In this document: piece after piece, positions 21,732 through 32,061 of the stretch
Position numbering within the stretch: position 1 is the stretch's first letter
Layout: each line of letters opens with the position of its first letter
Source: an uncultured Alphaproteobacteria bacterium
GTDB taxonomy: Bacteria; Pseudomonadota; Alphaproteobacteria; MPNO01; DASWLB01
Reading direction: 5' to 3'
Length of the DNA: 64,000 bases
NCBI GenBank assembly: GCA_963822575.1
Contig: CAWGHZ010000005.1
Span: forward strand, 108,963 to 172,962
Notes under the pieces: model-generated
What the model was told of the DNA's origin: nothing
Seen by the model: the letters and a program-made list of their open reading frames with translations, nothing else
Database searches by the model: none
Made by a program: the position numbers and the translations under genes

Positions 21732-22706
21732 ATGAAGGTCGACGTCCACGCGCATTTCTTCTCGCAGGAGTTCCACGAGCGGCTGGCGGCGCTGCCGGGG
21801 AACTACATGGTCGACAACAAGGCCTATGGCGAGGTGGGCCGCGCCATCAAGCACGGCCCGACCGGCAAGCACGTCACCTCGTTCAACCCGCACTGGTTCG
21901 AGCGCGACTACCCGATCCGCGAGATGGACGCGAAGGGCATCGACATGCGGCTCCTCTCGCTCGCGCCGCCCAACGTGTATCTGTTCCCGCCCGAGCAGCA
22001 GGGGGACGTGACGCGGCTTGTGAACGACGAGACCATCGCCTATTGCCGCGGCCGCACCGACCGGCTGCGCGCCGTGCCGTCCCTGCCGCTATCCGACGTC
22101 GCGGCCTCGCTCGCCGAGCTCGACCGGATCGCCGGCGCGGACGAGGTGGTGGCGGTCGAGATCGGCTCCAACGTCGCGGGCGTGCCGCTGTCCGATCCGC
22201 GCTACGAGCCGGTGTGGGCGCGCATCGACAAGCTCAAGATGCCGGTGATCCAGCACCCGCTGCATCCCACCTTCGCCGACGCGATCCAGGAACGGAACCT
22301 CTCGGTGATCCTTGGGTTCTGGTACGACACGGTGCTGATGGTCTCGCGCCTGATCCTCGAGGGGTTCTTCGAGCGCTACCCCAACTTCCCGTTCGTGGTG
22401 GCGCATACCGGCTCGGGGCTGGTGAGCCTTCTCGACCGGCTCGACTGGGGCGCGGAGCGCTGGGCGACGGAGCTGCCCAAGCCGGCCAGCCATTACGCCA
22501 GGCGCCTCTACTACGACACGTGCGGCACGTTCGGGCCGATGCTGATGGAAACGCGGGCGGCGATCGGCGCCGACCACATCCTGTTCGGCACCGACTACCC
22601 CTATATCGACATCGATTTCGCCCACGTGAACGAGCTCGACATCCCCGCGGCGGAGAAGGAAGCGATCAAAGGCGACACCGCGGCCAGGCTGTTCGGGCTC
22701 GCCTGA
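21732..22706 (+). CDS. Amidohydrolase_2 family (ACMSD-like decarboxylase/hydratase)
   Basis: DVHAH, QHP, AHTG, LYYDT, HILFGTDYPY. Confidence 0.88.
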   Translation: MKVDVHAHFFSQEFHERLAALPGNYMVDNKAYGEVGRAIKHGPTGKHVTSFNPHWFERDYPIREMDAKGIDMRLLSLAPPNVYLFPPEQQGDVTRLVNDETIAYCRGRTDRLRAVPSLPLSDVAASLAELDRIAGADEVVAVEIGSNVAGVPLSDPRYEPVWARIDKLKMPVIQHPLHPTFADAIQERNLSVILGFWYDTVLMVSRLILEGFFERYPNFPFVVAHTGSGLVSLLDRLDWGAERWATELPKPASHYARRLYYDTCGTFGPMLMETRAAIGADHILFGTDYPYIDIDFAHVNELDIPAAEKEAIKGDTAARLFGLA

Positions 22707-22752
22707 CGCGTACCGGGCCGCTTGGGGACCAGCCACTCCGAAGAATGCCCGC

Positions 22753-22800
22753 TTGACTTGAAATGAGCGCACACTCACATTGGAATGAGCATTTGCTCAT
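22753..22800 (+). promoter_or_regulatory. sigma-70-like promoter with tandem TetR operators
   Basis: TTGACT(22753)-N17-CACATT(22776); palindrome ATGAGCA-TT-TGCTCAT (22785-22800) and imperfect copy ATGAGCGCACACTCAC (22763-22778). Confidence 0.7.
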
Positions 22801-22849
22801 ATACGGTTGACGCAAGCCGGCGCCGTCCGGTGCGGGGTCGAGGGCCGGA

Positions 22850-23485
22850 ATGGTGCGGCGGCGGGCAAGCGGGGACATCGAAGGACGGCTGGTCGGCGCG
22901 GCGCTGCATCTCATGCGGACGCGCGGCCTCGCCCACGTGACGACGCGCGAGGTGGCGCGCGCCGCAGGCGTCGCCGAAGGCACGATGTACAACCATTTCC
23001 ACGACAAGGCCGCGCTGCTGGTCGCCGCGCTGCAGCGGATCGCACCGGCCACGATGCGGGCCGCGATGGCCGCCCTGCCCGCGCGGGTGGGGACGCGCAG
23101 CGTGGCCGAGAACTTGGCCGAGGTGACCGAGGCGCTGGTGGCGTTCCACCGCCAGGCGGCCCCGGTGATCTGCGCACTGCTGGCCGATGCCTCGCTCACC
23201 CATGCCGCGCGCGAGGCGCTGACGGCGCGCGGAGTCGGGCCGGAGCTGTCAGCCGGCCGGCTCGCGTCGTATCTGGCGGCGGAACGGGACGGTGGCCGGG
23301 TCGCGCCGGGCGCCGACGTCGAGGCGGCGTCGAAGCTGCTGCACGGTGCGTCGTTCGACTCCGCCGTCTCCGATCACCTGTTCGGCCGGACGCCCGATGC
23401 GGTTGCCGACGCGGTGCTGGTCGAGCGGCTGGTATCCGCGGCGATGGTGGGGCTCGCGCCGCGCGAGGCCGCACAGGACGGATAG
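22850..23485 (+). CDS. TetR/AcrR family transcriptional regulator
   Basis: HTH TTREVARAAGVAEGTMYNHFHDK. Confidence 0.92.
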   Translation: MVRRRASGDIEGRLVGAALHLMRTRGLAHVTTREVARAAGVAEGTMYNHFHDKAALLVAALQRIAPATMRAAMAALPARVGTRSVAENLAEVTEALVAFHRQAAPVICALLADASLTHAAREALTARGVGPELSAGRLASYLAAERDGGRVAPGADVEAASKLLHGASFDSAVSDHLFGRTPDAVADAVLVERLVSAAMVGLAPREAAQDG

Positions 23486-23490
23486 CGGCC

Positions 23491-25038
23491 ATGGCGCGCG
23501 TCTCCCGGCGAACCTTGCTGAAGCGCGCGACCGCGCTGGGCGCGCTGACCGTGGCAGGCACGATCGGCGACGTCGTAGTCCGCAGCGCAACGGCCGCGAG
23601 CCCCGCCGTCGCGAAATTCTCCGTCGTGCTGCCGATCCCGCCGGTTCTGGCACCGGTCCGCACCGATAAGACGACCGACTATTACGAGATCGAGCAGCGT
23701 GTCGGCTCGGCCCGCCTGCTGCCGGGTCCGACAACGCCGGTGTGGGGTTATAACGGGATGTTCCCCGGACCCACTATTCGCGCGCGACGCGGCCGCCGCA
23801 CGGTTGTCCGCCACACCAACCGCCTTGCCCAGCCGACGGTGGTTCACCTGCATGGCGGGGTCACGCCCAGCGAGTCCGACGGCTTCCCGACCGACCTGAT
23901 CGTGCCGGTGGATTTCCCGACCGACCTGCCACTGTGCAGCGCCGTGCCGTCGCTGGCGCAGATCGCCAAATCGGGCGTGCCCGTGCCGACGAACGTCAAG
24001 GTCCACACCTATCCGAACGACCAGTGCGCGGCGACGCTCTGGTACCACGACCATGCGATGGATTTCACCGGGCGCAACGTCTATATGGGGCTCGCCGGGT
24101 TCTACCTGGTCGACGACGCGACGGAACGCGCCCTCGCTCTGCCGCGCGGCCCCTACGACATTCCCCTGATGATCTGCGTGCGCGCGTTCCGCGCGGACGG
24201 CGCGTTCGACTACGACGATCGCGGCCATCTCGGCGCGCAAGGCGACGTGGTGCTGGTGAACGGCGCGCCGTGGCCGCGCCTCAAGGTCGAGCGGCGCAAG
24301 TACCGGCTGCGCATCCTCAACGCCTGAAATGCCCAGACCCTGACCCTCGCGCTCGGCTCGGGGCGCAAGCTCGTCCAAATCGCGACCGACGCCGGGCTGC
24401 TGCCCGCGCCGGTGGCGCTCGACCACATCCCGCTTGCCATGGCCGAGCGGGCCGAGGTCGTCATCGACTTCGCCGAATACCCGGCGGGCGCGCGGGAAGT
24501 CCTCCACGACGCCGAGGGCACGCTGCCGACGCCCGAAATCATAGCGTTCGAGGTGGCGGGACCGCGCGCGCCGGACGATCCGTCGTTGCCGGACCGGCTG
24601 GTCCCGTTCGAGCGACTTCGGCCCGAGCGGTCGATGCGCACGCGCCGGTTCGATTTCGTCAACGATTTGGAGCTCGCCTTCAACTTCCCCCCGGTGTCGT
24701 GGGACATCAACGGCAAGGAATTCGACCCCGCCCGGATCGACGCCGCGCCACGCCTCGGCGATGTAGAGATCTGGCACCTCGCCCATCCCGACTCGATCTT
24801 CCCCGGGCTCAGCATCCATCCGGCGCACATCCACCTGGTGCATTTCCAGGTCCTGGAACGAAACGGCAAGCCGCCACCTGCGCACGAGACCGGTTGGAAG
24901 GACACGATCCGGCTGGAGAAGGGCGACTCGGTAAAGGTGATCGCCCGCTTCGCACCTTATCGCGGCCGGTTCGTCCTGCACTGCCACAACCTGGGCCACG
25001 AGGACCACCACATGATGGCCCGCTTCGACGTGGTGTGA
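23491..25038 (+). CDS. Tat-exported multicopper oxidase (CotA/bilirubin oxidase-like) interrupted by an in-frame TGA at 24325-24327
   Basis: SRRTLLK Tat motif; HLHG, WYHDH, HPAHIH and HCHNLGHEDHHMM copper motifs; both ORF halves are in the same frame. Confidence 0.85.
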
Positions 25039-25045
25039 CGGGCGA

Positions 25046-25468
25046 CTACCGCCGGTAGGGGAAGCAGCGGTCGCGGTCGAGCGTGAGGCGGAAATGCGCG
25101 CCGAGCGCCTCGATCTTCGCCTGGTGCTCGGGATAGGGGTCGATGTTGGAGGCGCCGACGACGATGATGCGGAAACCCGGATCGTCGCGCCCGCCGGGCG
25201 GCAGCATGGCGGTCGCCAGCGCCTGGCCGTCCTGGTCGCGCAGCGTGAGGAACAGCGGCATCGCCTTCTGCACGTGGCGCTCGAGCCCGATGTTCTGCTC
25301 GATGAAGACCGACGAGGCCGGCCGGTAGCTCGCCTCCGCCGCCTGGTGCTCGCGGCGGAAATGCTTGGCGACCGCATGGTTCATCAGGGCCGATTCCTGC
25401 TCGGCCTCGCCGACTGTCTCGAGGCGGAACCAGGCGGTCTTGTCCGGTGCGTCGCAGACGTACTTCAT
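25046..25468 (-). CDS. Hypothetical protein, possibly a divergent PcfJ-like domain
   Basis: 140-aa ORF with genome-typical codon use; ES.LMNHAV / LTLRD..G..LAT / VG.SN..P pattern. Confidence 0.65.
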   Translation of the reverse strand: MKYVCDAPDKTAWFRLETVGEAEQESALMNHAVAKHFRREHQAAEASYRPASSVFIEQNIGLERHVQKAMPLFLTLRDQDGQALATAMLPPGGRDDPGFRIIVVGASNIDPYPEHQAKIEALGAHFRLTLDRDRCFPYRR

Positions 25469-25675
25469 GGGTGCCCCCGCTCGTCCCCGCGCCCGCTCAT
25501 CCTACACAAGGCGCCGAGTCGTTTGAACCGTCGCCCCCCGGATAGCGGCCCTTTATGGCATTCGTAAGGAGGCGGGACGCACCGCGACTTTTGACATCCG
25601 GTCAACCGCGCCGTAAGAATTGGGTGGCATCGTTCCGCCACGCGTCCTGCGTACAGCAGAAGGGGAGGGTCGACC

Positions 25676-26302
25676 GTGGTCCGCATCCGGAGCCTCAGTG
25701 CCGTTGCCATTGCCGTCATCGCCCTCGTGCTTGCGGGGTGCGCCGAGGAGCCGGAGCTCCCGACCGCCTCGATGCTGGCCCAGGCGAAGGCGACCAAGAC
25801 CGAGTACCATGTCGGCCCGCTCGACTTCCTGCAGATCTTCGTCTGGCGCAACCCGGACCTGTCGACCAGCGTGCCGGTCAGGCCCGACGGGCGCATCTCG
25901 GTGCCGCTGATCGAGGACCTGCCGGCGGTCAACAAGACGCCGACCCAGCTTGCCCGCGACATCGAAAAGAAGCTCTCGGTGTTCGTGCAGGACCCGATCG
26001 TCACGGTGATCGTCACCAACTTCGTCGGCCCGTACACCGACCAGGTGCGGGTGGTGGGCGAGGCCGCCCGGCCGCAGGCCCTGCCCTACCGCACGACGAT
26101 GACGCTGCTCGACGTGATGATCGCGGTCGGCGGCATCACCGACTTCGCGGCCGGCAACCGCGCCTCGATCACCCGGGTGGTGGACGGCAAGGAGAAGCAG
26201 TTCCGCGTGCGGCTCGACGATTTGCTGCGCGACGGCGACCTCTCCGCCAACGTGCGCGTCCTGCCCGGCGACATCCTCACGATACCGGAGGCGTGGTTCT
26301 AG
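25676..26302 (+). CDS. XrtA/PEP-CTERM polysaccharide export lipoprotein (Wza-like)
   Basis: LAGC lipobox; Y.VGPLD.LQIFVWRNPDLS..VPVRPDGRIS; PGDIL.IPEAWF. Confidence 0.92.
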   Translation: MVRIRSLSAVAIAVIALVLAGCAEEPELPTASMLAQAKATKTEYHVGPLDFLQIFVWRNPDLSTSVPVRPDGRISVPLIEDLPAVNKTPTQLARDIEKKLSVFVQDPIVTVIVTNFVGPYTDQVRVVGEAARPQALPYRTTMTLLDVMIAVGGITDFAAGNRASITRVVDGKEKQFRVRLDDLLRDGDLSANVRVLPGDILTIPEAWF

Positions 26303-26445
26303 CAGCCGGGGGGCGGCGGCGCCCGTCGGTCTCCGGCTGGAATTTGATTCATCTCAAGACCGACCCGGGCGTTTCCGGGCATGGTTCGTGCGTCGCTCCG
26401 GTCGCGGGCGACGATGAACAAGCTCCAGGCGACTACGCCTCGAAC

Positions 26446-26673
26446 GGGGTGATCGTCTGGGCGGTGTTCGCACCGACGGCTGACGTGGCGCCGGGCGCGC
26501 TCGCCGGCAATGACGCGGGCGCGACGGCCGCGGTCGGTGTGGGCGTGGGCGCCAACGCGCTGTTCGGCGGCTCGTCCAAGCAGTTCGCGCTGCAGCCCGT
26601 GTCGATCCAGGGCATGACCGGCCTCAACGTCGCCGGCGGCATCGCCGCGCTGGAGCTCAAGTCCGAGGAGTAG
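26446..26673 (+). pseudogene. DUF992-family C-terminal remnant
   Basis: WAVFAP...PGALAG...GVGANAL.GG....ALQPVSIQG.TGLNVAGGIA.L.L present; no signal peptide, N-terminal half or RBS/start visible. 5' boundary approximate. Confidence 0.65.
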
Positions 26674-26784
26674 GCGTAACCGACCGTCGCGGGCACCCTT
26701 CCCCCCGGGCGCCCAGCGACCTGCGGCGCGCGCGCATCGGCACCGGTGCGCGCGCGTTGCGCTTGCGGGCCCGTGCACGACCGC

Positions 26785-26871
26785 TGGTGCCCCCGGGGAG
26801 ACTCGAACTCCCACGCCCTTGCGGGCAACAGATTTTGAGTTTGCCGCGTCTGCCGATTCCGCCACAGGGGC
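26785..26871 (-). tRNA. tRNA-Leu(CAA)
   Basis: 87-nt cloverleaf: acceptor GCCCCTG/CGGGGGC, anticodon loop CT-CAA-AA, long variable arm GCCC-GCAA-GGGC, TTCGAGT T-loop, encoded CCA. Confidence 0.93.
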
Positions 26872-27027
26872 TCCTGGGCCGCGGCGGACAATAGCAGGCG
26901 GCGGGCCAAGGTCAACGCGGGCGCGCGCGGCTGGACGGCGGCTGCGGGCAAGGGCGGGGCCGATTGTGCACGGCCGGAGCCTCTGATACAGACGGGAGCA
27001 TGGCCGCCGGGATTCGCGGAGGGACCG

Positions 27028-27345
27028 ATGAACCGTTACCTCGCCGAGCTCTACCACGATCCGGGCATTTCGCCCGCCGCCAACGCCGCCTCGCGCAAGC
27101 GCGCGCGGGCGACGCACGAGGCGCTGCCGGGCCTGATGGCCGGGAAGGACGTCACCCTGGTGGCCGAATACCACCTCGACCCCGAGCACCGGGCGATCCT
27201 GATCTTCGATGCGCCCTCGGTCGAGGCGGTGCGCGACGTGCTGGTCCAGTCGGGCTTCATGCAGTATTGCGACGGGCGCATCTATCCGGTGAGCACGCTG
27301 AAGGAGGCGCTGGCCCGCACCAAGGACCTGCCGCCGATCGTGTAG
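27028..27345 (+). CDS. Small hypothetical protein (possible dimeric alpha/beta barrel, GYD/DUF3303-like)
   Basis: GGAGG RBS; 105 aa; H.AILIFDAPS.EAV pattern. Confidence 0.65.
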   Translation: MNRYLAELYHDPGISPAANAASRKRARATHEALPGLMAGKDVTLVAEYHLDPEHRAILIFDAPSVEAVRDVLVQSGFMQYCDGRIYPVSTLKEALARTKDLPPIV

Positions 27346-27468
27346 AGCGGTCGCGCCGCTCCCCGGCCCCTGCCCCCGCGACCTTGCGCCGATTGTGCGG
27401 GCGGGCGCGCTCTGGTACATCGGCCGCATCGCCGCCCGGTCCGGCGCGGCCGCGTTCGGGACGAAGGT

Positions 27469-28050
27469 TTGATCCGCGCCGCCTACGACAAGGTCCTCGC
27501 GCTTTCCGCGCACCCCCAGGCCGAGCCGATCCTGGCCGGCGTCGCCTTCGTCGAAAGCTCGTTCTTCCCCGTCCCGCCCGACGCCATGCTGATCCCCATG
27601 GTGCTGGCCCGGCCCGACCGCGCCTGGCACATCGCGGCGCTGTGCACGGTGGCCTCGGTGATCGGCGGCATGCTGGGCTACGCCATCGGGTTCTACGCGT
27701 TCGAATCGTTCGGCAAGGCGCTGATCGCGTTCTACGGGCTTTCGCACGACTTCCAGGCGTTCCGCAACGCGTACCAGCAATGGGGGCTCTGGATCATCCT
27801 GATCAAGGGCATGACGCCCATCCCCTACAAGATCGTGACCATCGCGAGCGGGCTCGCCGGCTACGATTTCTGGACCTTCGTCGCCGCCTCGATCGTGACG
27901 CGCGGCGCGCGCTTCTTTTTGGTGGCGGCGCTGCTGCGCCTCTATGGCGAGCCGATCCGCCATTTCATCGAGAAGCATCTGACCTGGGTGACGACGGCGT
28001 TCCTCGCCGTGCTGGTCGGCGGGTTCGTCGCCGTGCGCTATATCGGATGA
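27469..28050 (+). CDS. YqaA/DedA family membrane protein
   Basis: AFVESSFFPVPPD, TPIPYK, RGARFF. Confidence 0.9.
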   Translation: MIRAAYDKVLALSAHPQAEPILAGVAFVESSFFPVPPDAMLIPMVLARPDRAWHIAALCTVASVIGGMLGYAIGFYAFESFGKALIAFYGLSHDFQAFRNAYQQWGLWIILIKGMTPIPYKIVTIASGLAGYDFWTFVAASIVTRGARFFLVAALLRLYGEPIRHFIEKHLTWVTTAFLAVLVGGFVAVRYIG

Positions 28051-28532
28051 GGCCGGCGGCGGCCCTTGTCGCCCGCGCGCCGGCGGCGATCATGGCCGTC
28101 TCGGTCGCGGTGATCGCCGGCGCCTATGCGTTCGAATATATCGGCGGGCTCGCACCGTGCGAGCTCTGCCTGGCCGAGCGGGCGCCGTGGGGCGTGGCGA
28201 TCATGCTGGCCGGCGTCGCCCATATCATGGACGGGCGCGCACGACGCTGGCTGGTGGGCGCGTGCGCCGTGGTGCTGCTGGCCGGCGCCGGGCTCGCCTT
28301 CTATCACGTCGGCGTGGAGCAGGGCTGGTTCGCCGGCCCGACCGCCTGCACCGGCGGGGCGGCGGGCGCGCAAACGCTCGAACAGTTGCGGCAGCAGCTG
28401 GCGCAGACCCAGCTCATCCGCTGCGACGAGGTGCAGTGGAGCCTGTTCGGCATCTCGCTGGCGGGCTACAACGTCATCCTCTCGGCCGCGCTGGCGCTGT
28501 TCGCCGCCGTCGCGGTGAAGGAGGCGCGATGA
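28047..28532 (+). CDS. DsbB-family disulfide bond formation protein
   Basis: PCELC..ER, YHVGVE.GW, second Cys pair (TAC/RCDE), 4 TM helices. Confidence 0.88.
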   Translation: MRPAAALVARAPAAIMAVSVAVIAGAYAFEYIGGLAPCELCLAERAPWGVAIMLAGVAHIMDGRARRWLVGACAVVLLAGAGLAFYHVGVEQGWFAGPTACTGGAAGAQTLEQLRQQLAQTQLIRCDEVQWSLFGISLAGYNVILSAALALFAAVAVKEAR

Positions 28533-29089
28533 CGCAAAAGCGCGAGACCGCCGACGACCGCCTGCCGGGCGATCCGACGCGCGAAGAGCTGATCGAGCGC
28601 ATCATCCGGGTCGACCACGCCGGCGAGTACGGCGCGGTGCGCATCTATGCCGGCCAGCTCGCCGTGCTCGGAAGATCGCGGGCGGCGCCGGCGATCCGCG
28701 AGATGGCGGCGAAGGAGGCCGAGCATCTGGCCGCATTCGACCGGCTGGTCGCCGACCGCGCGGTGCGCCCGACCGTGCTGGCGCCCTTGTGGCACGCGGC
28801 CGGGTTCGCGCTTGGCGCGGCGACCGCGCTGATGGGCGAGCGGGCGGCGATGGCCTGCACCGAGGCGGTGGAGGAGGTGATCGACGCCCACTATGCCCAC
28901 CAGGCCGCCGCCCTGGGCGAGGACGAGGCGGAATTGCGCGCCGAGATCGAGCGCTTCCGCGCCGACGAGATCGAGCACCGCGACACCGCGCGCGCCCAGG
29001 GCGCGGCCGAGGCGCCGGGACACGAGGTCCTGACCGGGGCGATCAAGGCCGGCTCGCGCCTCGCCATCTGGCTGTCGACGCGGTTTTGA
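28529..29089 (+). CDS. coq7: Demethoxyubiquinone hydroxylase (Coq7)
   Basis: RVDHAGEYGA.RIY.GQ, CTEAVEEVI..HY, DE.EH diiron motifs. Confidence 0.93.
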   Translation: MTQKRETADDRLPGDPTREELIERIIRVDHAGEYGAVRIYAGQLAVLGRSRAAPAIREMAAKEAEHLAAFDRLVADRAVRPTVLAPLWHAAGFALGAATALMGERAAMACTEAVEEVIDAHYAHQAAALGEDEAELRAEIERFRADEIEHRDTARAQGAAEAPGHEVLTGAIKAGSRLAIWLSTRF

Positions 29090-29102
29090 CGCGGGCTAGC
29101 GC

Positions 29103-32040
29103 GTGAGCCGCCCGCCGAACGTCTTCACCGTGCGGCCCGGGCTCGCGTTCGCCGACGCGCTGGCGGCGGGGCTCAAGGCCGAGGCGGACGGCCCCCTGGC
29201 GCTCGCCGATGTGACCGTGCTCGTCCCGACGCGGCGGGCGGTGCGGGCGATGGCCGACGCGTTCCTGCGCGTGGCGGGCGCGGACGCGACGGTCCTGCCG
29301 CGCCTCACCCCCATCGGCGACATCGACGACGACGAGATCGCGCCCGATTCGGGGCCGCTCGACCTGGCGCCCGCCATCGCGCCCTTGCGCCGCAACCTGC
29401 TGCTCGCCCGGCTGATCCGCGCGCAGGACCCGGCGCGGAGCCCGGCCCAGGCCGCGCGCCTCGCCGCCGCGCTCGCGCGCCTCCTCGACCAGGTCGAGAC
29501 CGAGGGGCGCGACTTCGCCGCCCTCGCCGATCTGGTGCCCGCGCGCTACGCCGCGCACTGGCAGGTCACGCTCGACTTCCTGCGCATTCTCACCGCGCAC
29601 TGGCCCGGCGTGCTGGCGGACGAGGGGTGCCTCGATCCGGCCGAAAGGCGCAACCGCGCGGCCGCTTCGCAGGTGGCGCGCTGGCGGGACGCGCCGCCGC
29701 GGGGCCGGGTAGTCGTCGCGGGCTCGACCGGCTCGATCCCGGCGACGGCCGAGCTGATCGCCGCTGTCGCCGCGCTGCCCAACGGCGCGGTCGTGCTGCC
29801 CGGCCTCGACCGCAAGATGGACGCGGAAACGCGCAAGGCGCTCACTGCCACCCATCCGCAGCACGCGATGATGCGGCTTCTCGACCGGCTGGGCGTCGCG
29901 GCCGAGGACGTCGCCGACTGGCCGGCGCCGGGCCTGGCCGAAGTGACGGCGGGCCGCGCCGCGATCGTCGCCGCCGCGATGCGCCCGGCCGCCCTCGCCC
30001 CGGCCGACCCGGCCGCGCTCGACATGACGGCGCTCGACGGGGTGACGCGGCTCGACTGCGCCGGGCCGCAGGAGGAGGCGGCGACCGTGGCGCTGGTGCT
30101 GCGCTGGGCGCTGGACGTGCCGGGGCGCACCGCCGCGCTGGTCACGCCCGACCGGGCGCTGGCGCGGCGCGTGGCGGCCGAGCTCGGCCGCTGGCAGATC
30201 GCGGTCGACGATTCGGCGGGCACGGCCCTCGACGCGACACCGCCCGGCGTGTTCCTGCGCCTCACCGCCGAGATGGCGGCGGCGCGGTTGGCGCCGGTCG
30301 CGCTGCTCGCCGCGCTCAAGCATCCGCTGGCGGCGGGGGGCATGGTGCCCGGCGCCTTCCGCGCGCGGGTGCGCCAGCTCGAGCGGCTGGTGCTGCGCGG
30401 CCCGCGCCCGGCGCCGGGGTTCGCGGGTCTCGACGCGGCGCTCGAAGCCTCGGACCGGGACGAGGCGCCTTCCGTGCGGCGCTGGCTCGCCGGCATCGCG
30501 GCGGCTTCCGAGGAGTTCCTGGCACTGGTCGCCGCGCCGCGCGCCGAGGTGGGCGCGCTGCTCGCCGCACACGCCGCCTTCGCCCAGCGCCTGGCCGCGA
30601 CCGACGACGACCCGGAAGGCCGGAACCTCTGGGCGGGCGAGGCGGGCGAGGCGCTGGCCGGGTTCGTTGCCGAGCTTTCCGACGCCGCGCGCGCCTTCGG
30701 CCCGGTCGCGGGCGCGGAGTGGCCTTCACTCCTCGCCGCGCTGATCGAGGGGCAGGTGGTCAGGCCGCGCTGGGGGCGCCATCCGCGCCTCGCCATCTGG
30801 GGGCCCTTGGAGGCGCGGCTGCAGCGCGCCGACGTGCTGGTGCTGGGCGGGCTCAACGAGGGGACGTGGCCGCCCGATCCCGGCGCCGACCCGTGGCTCA
30901 GCCGGCCGATGCGCGCCGACTTCGGCCTGCCGCCGCCGGAATGGCGCATCGGGCTTTCGGCGCACGATTTCGCCCAGGCCTTCTCCGCGCCAACCGTGGT
31001 GCTGACCCGCGCGACGCGCGTCGCCGGCGCGCCGACCGTACCCTCGCGCTGGCTGCTGCGTCTCGAGGCTATCGCGCCGCGCCTCAAGGCGGAGGACGAG
31101 CGGAACCGGCGGCTCGGCCCCGATCCCGTCGACCTCGCCGCGCTGCAGGCGGGGCTCGACGATCCCGCGGGCGAGCCGAAGCCGGTATCGCGCCCGGCGC
31201 CCTGCCCGCCCGTCGCGGCGCGGCCGCGCAAGCTATCGGTCACGCGGATCGAGGCGTGGATGCGCGACCCCTACGCGATCTATGCCGAGTATGTGCTCGG
31301 GCTGCGCGCGCTCGACCCGATCGACGCCGACCCCGGCGCGGCGGAGCGCGGCATGTTCGTTCACGCCGCGCTCAACCGCTTCGTGCGCGAGTTCCCCGAC
31401 CGCCTGCCGGCGGCGGCGCGCGAGCGGCTGCTGGAGCTCGGGCGCGCGGCGTTCGGCGCGGCGCTGGAGCGGCCGGGCGTCTGGGCCTTCTGGTGGCCGC
31501 GCTTCGCGCGCATCGCCGACTGGGTGATCGAGACCGAGCGTGCCCGCCGCCCCGCCTGGCGCACGATCGCCTCCGAAGCGTCGGGCGAGACCGCCATCGC
31601 CGGCGCACGGCCCTTCGTGCTGAACGCGCGCGCCGACCGGCTGGACGCGGGGCCGGCCGGCCTCGCCATCATCGACTACAAGACCGGCGGCGTGCCCGCC
31701 AAGAAGGACATCGCGCTCGGGCTGTCGCCGCAGCTCGCCCTCGAGGCGGTGATCGCCGAGCGCGGCGGGTTCGCCGGCGTGCCCGCGGGCGCGGTGGCGG
31801 CGCTCGCCTTCTGGCAGCTCTCGGGCGCCGACCCGGCGGGCAAGGACGTCGCGGCCGGCGACGACATCCGCGCGCTGATCGACCAGGCGGCTTCGGGGAT
31901 CGAGCGGCTGGTGCGCGCCGTTCGACGATCCGGCGACGCCCTACCTCTCGCAGCCCTGGCCCGCCAAGGCGCCGCGCTATTCCGACTACGCGCGCCTCGC
32001 CCGCGTCAAGGAATGGTCCGCCGGCGGGGGCGAGGAATGA
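29103..32040 (+). CDS. addB: Double-strand break repair protein AddB (apparent frameshift near 31918-31920)
   Basis: LVPTRRA, AGSTGSIPAT, GPLEARLQ, RADR/IIDYKTG nuclease; the usual tail FDDPATPY...YSDY..LARVKEW is in the next frame, ending TGA 32040. Confidence 0.93.
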
Positions 32041-32061
32041 TGGCAAGATTTACCGCCAATT

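Noticed and set aside
26303-26871. Genomic island integrated at tRNA-Leu
   Set aside because: No integrase and no convincing duplicate of the tRNA 3' end in the window; only a DUF992 remnant is adjacent.
31910-31925. Programmed frameshifting in addB (also the SDR, GT4 and CoA ligase)
   Set aside because: No slippery heptamer or stimulatory signal is evident; sequencing indels are more parsimonious.
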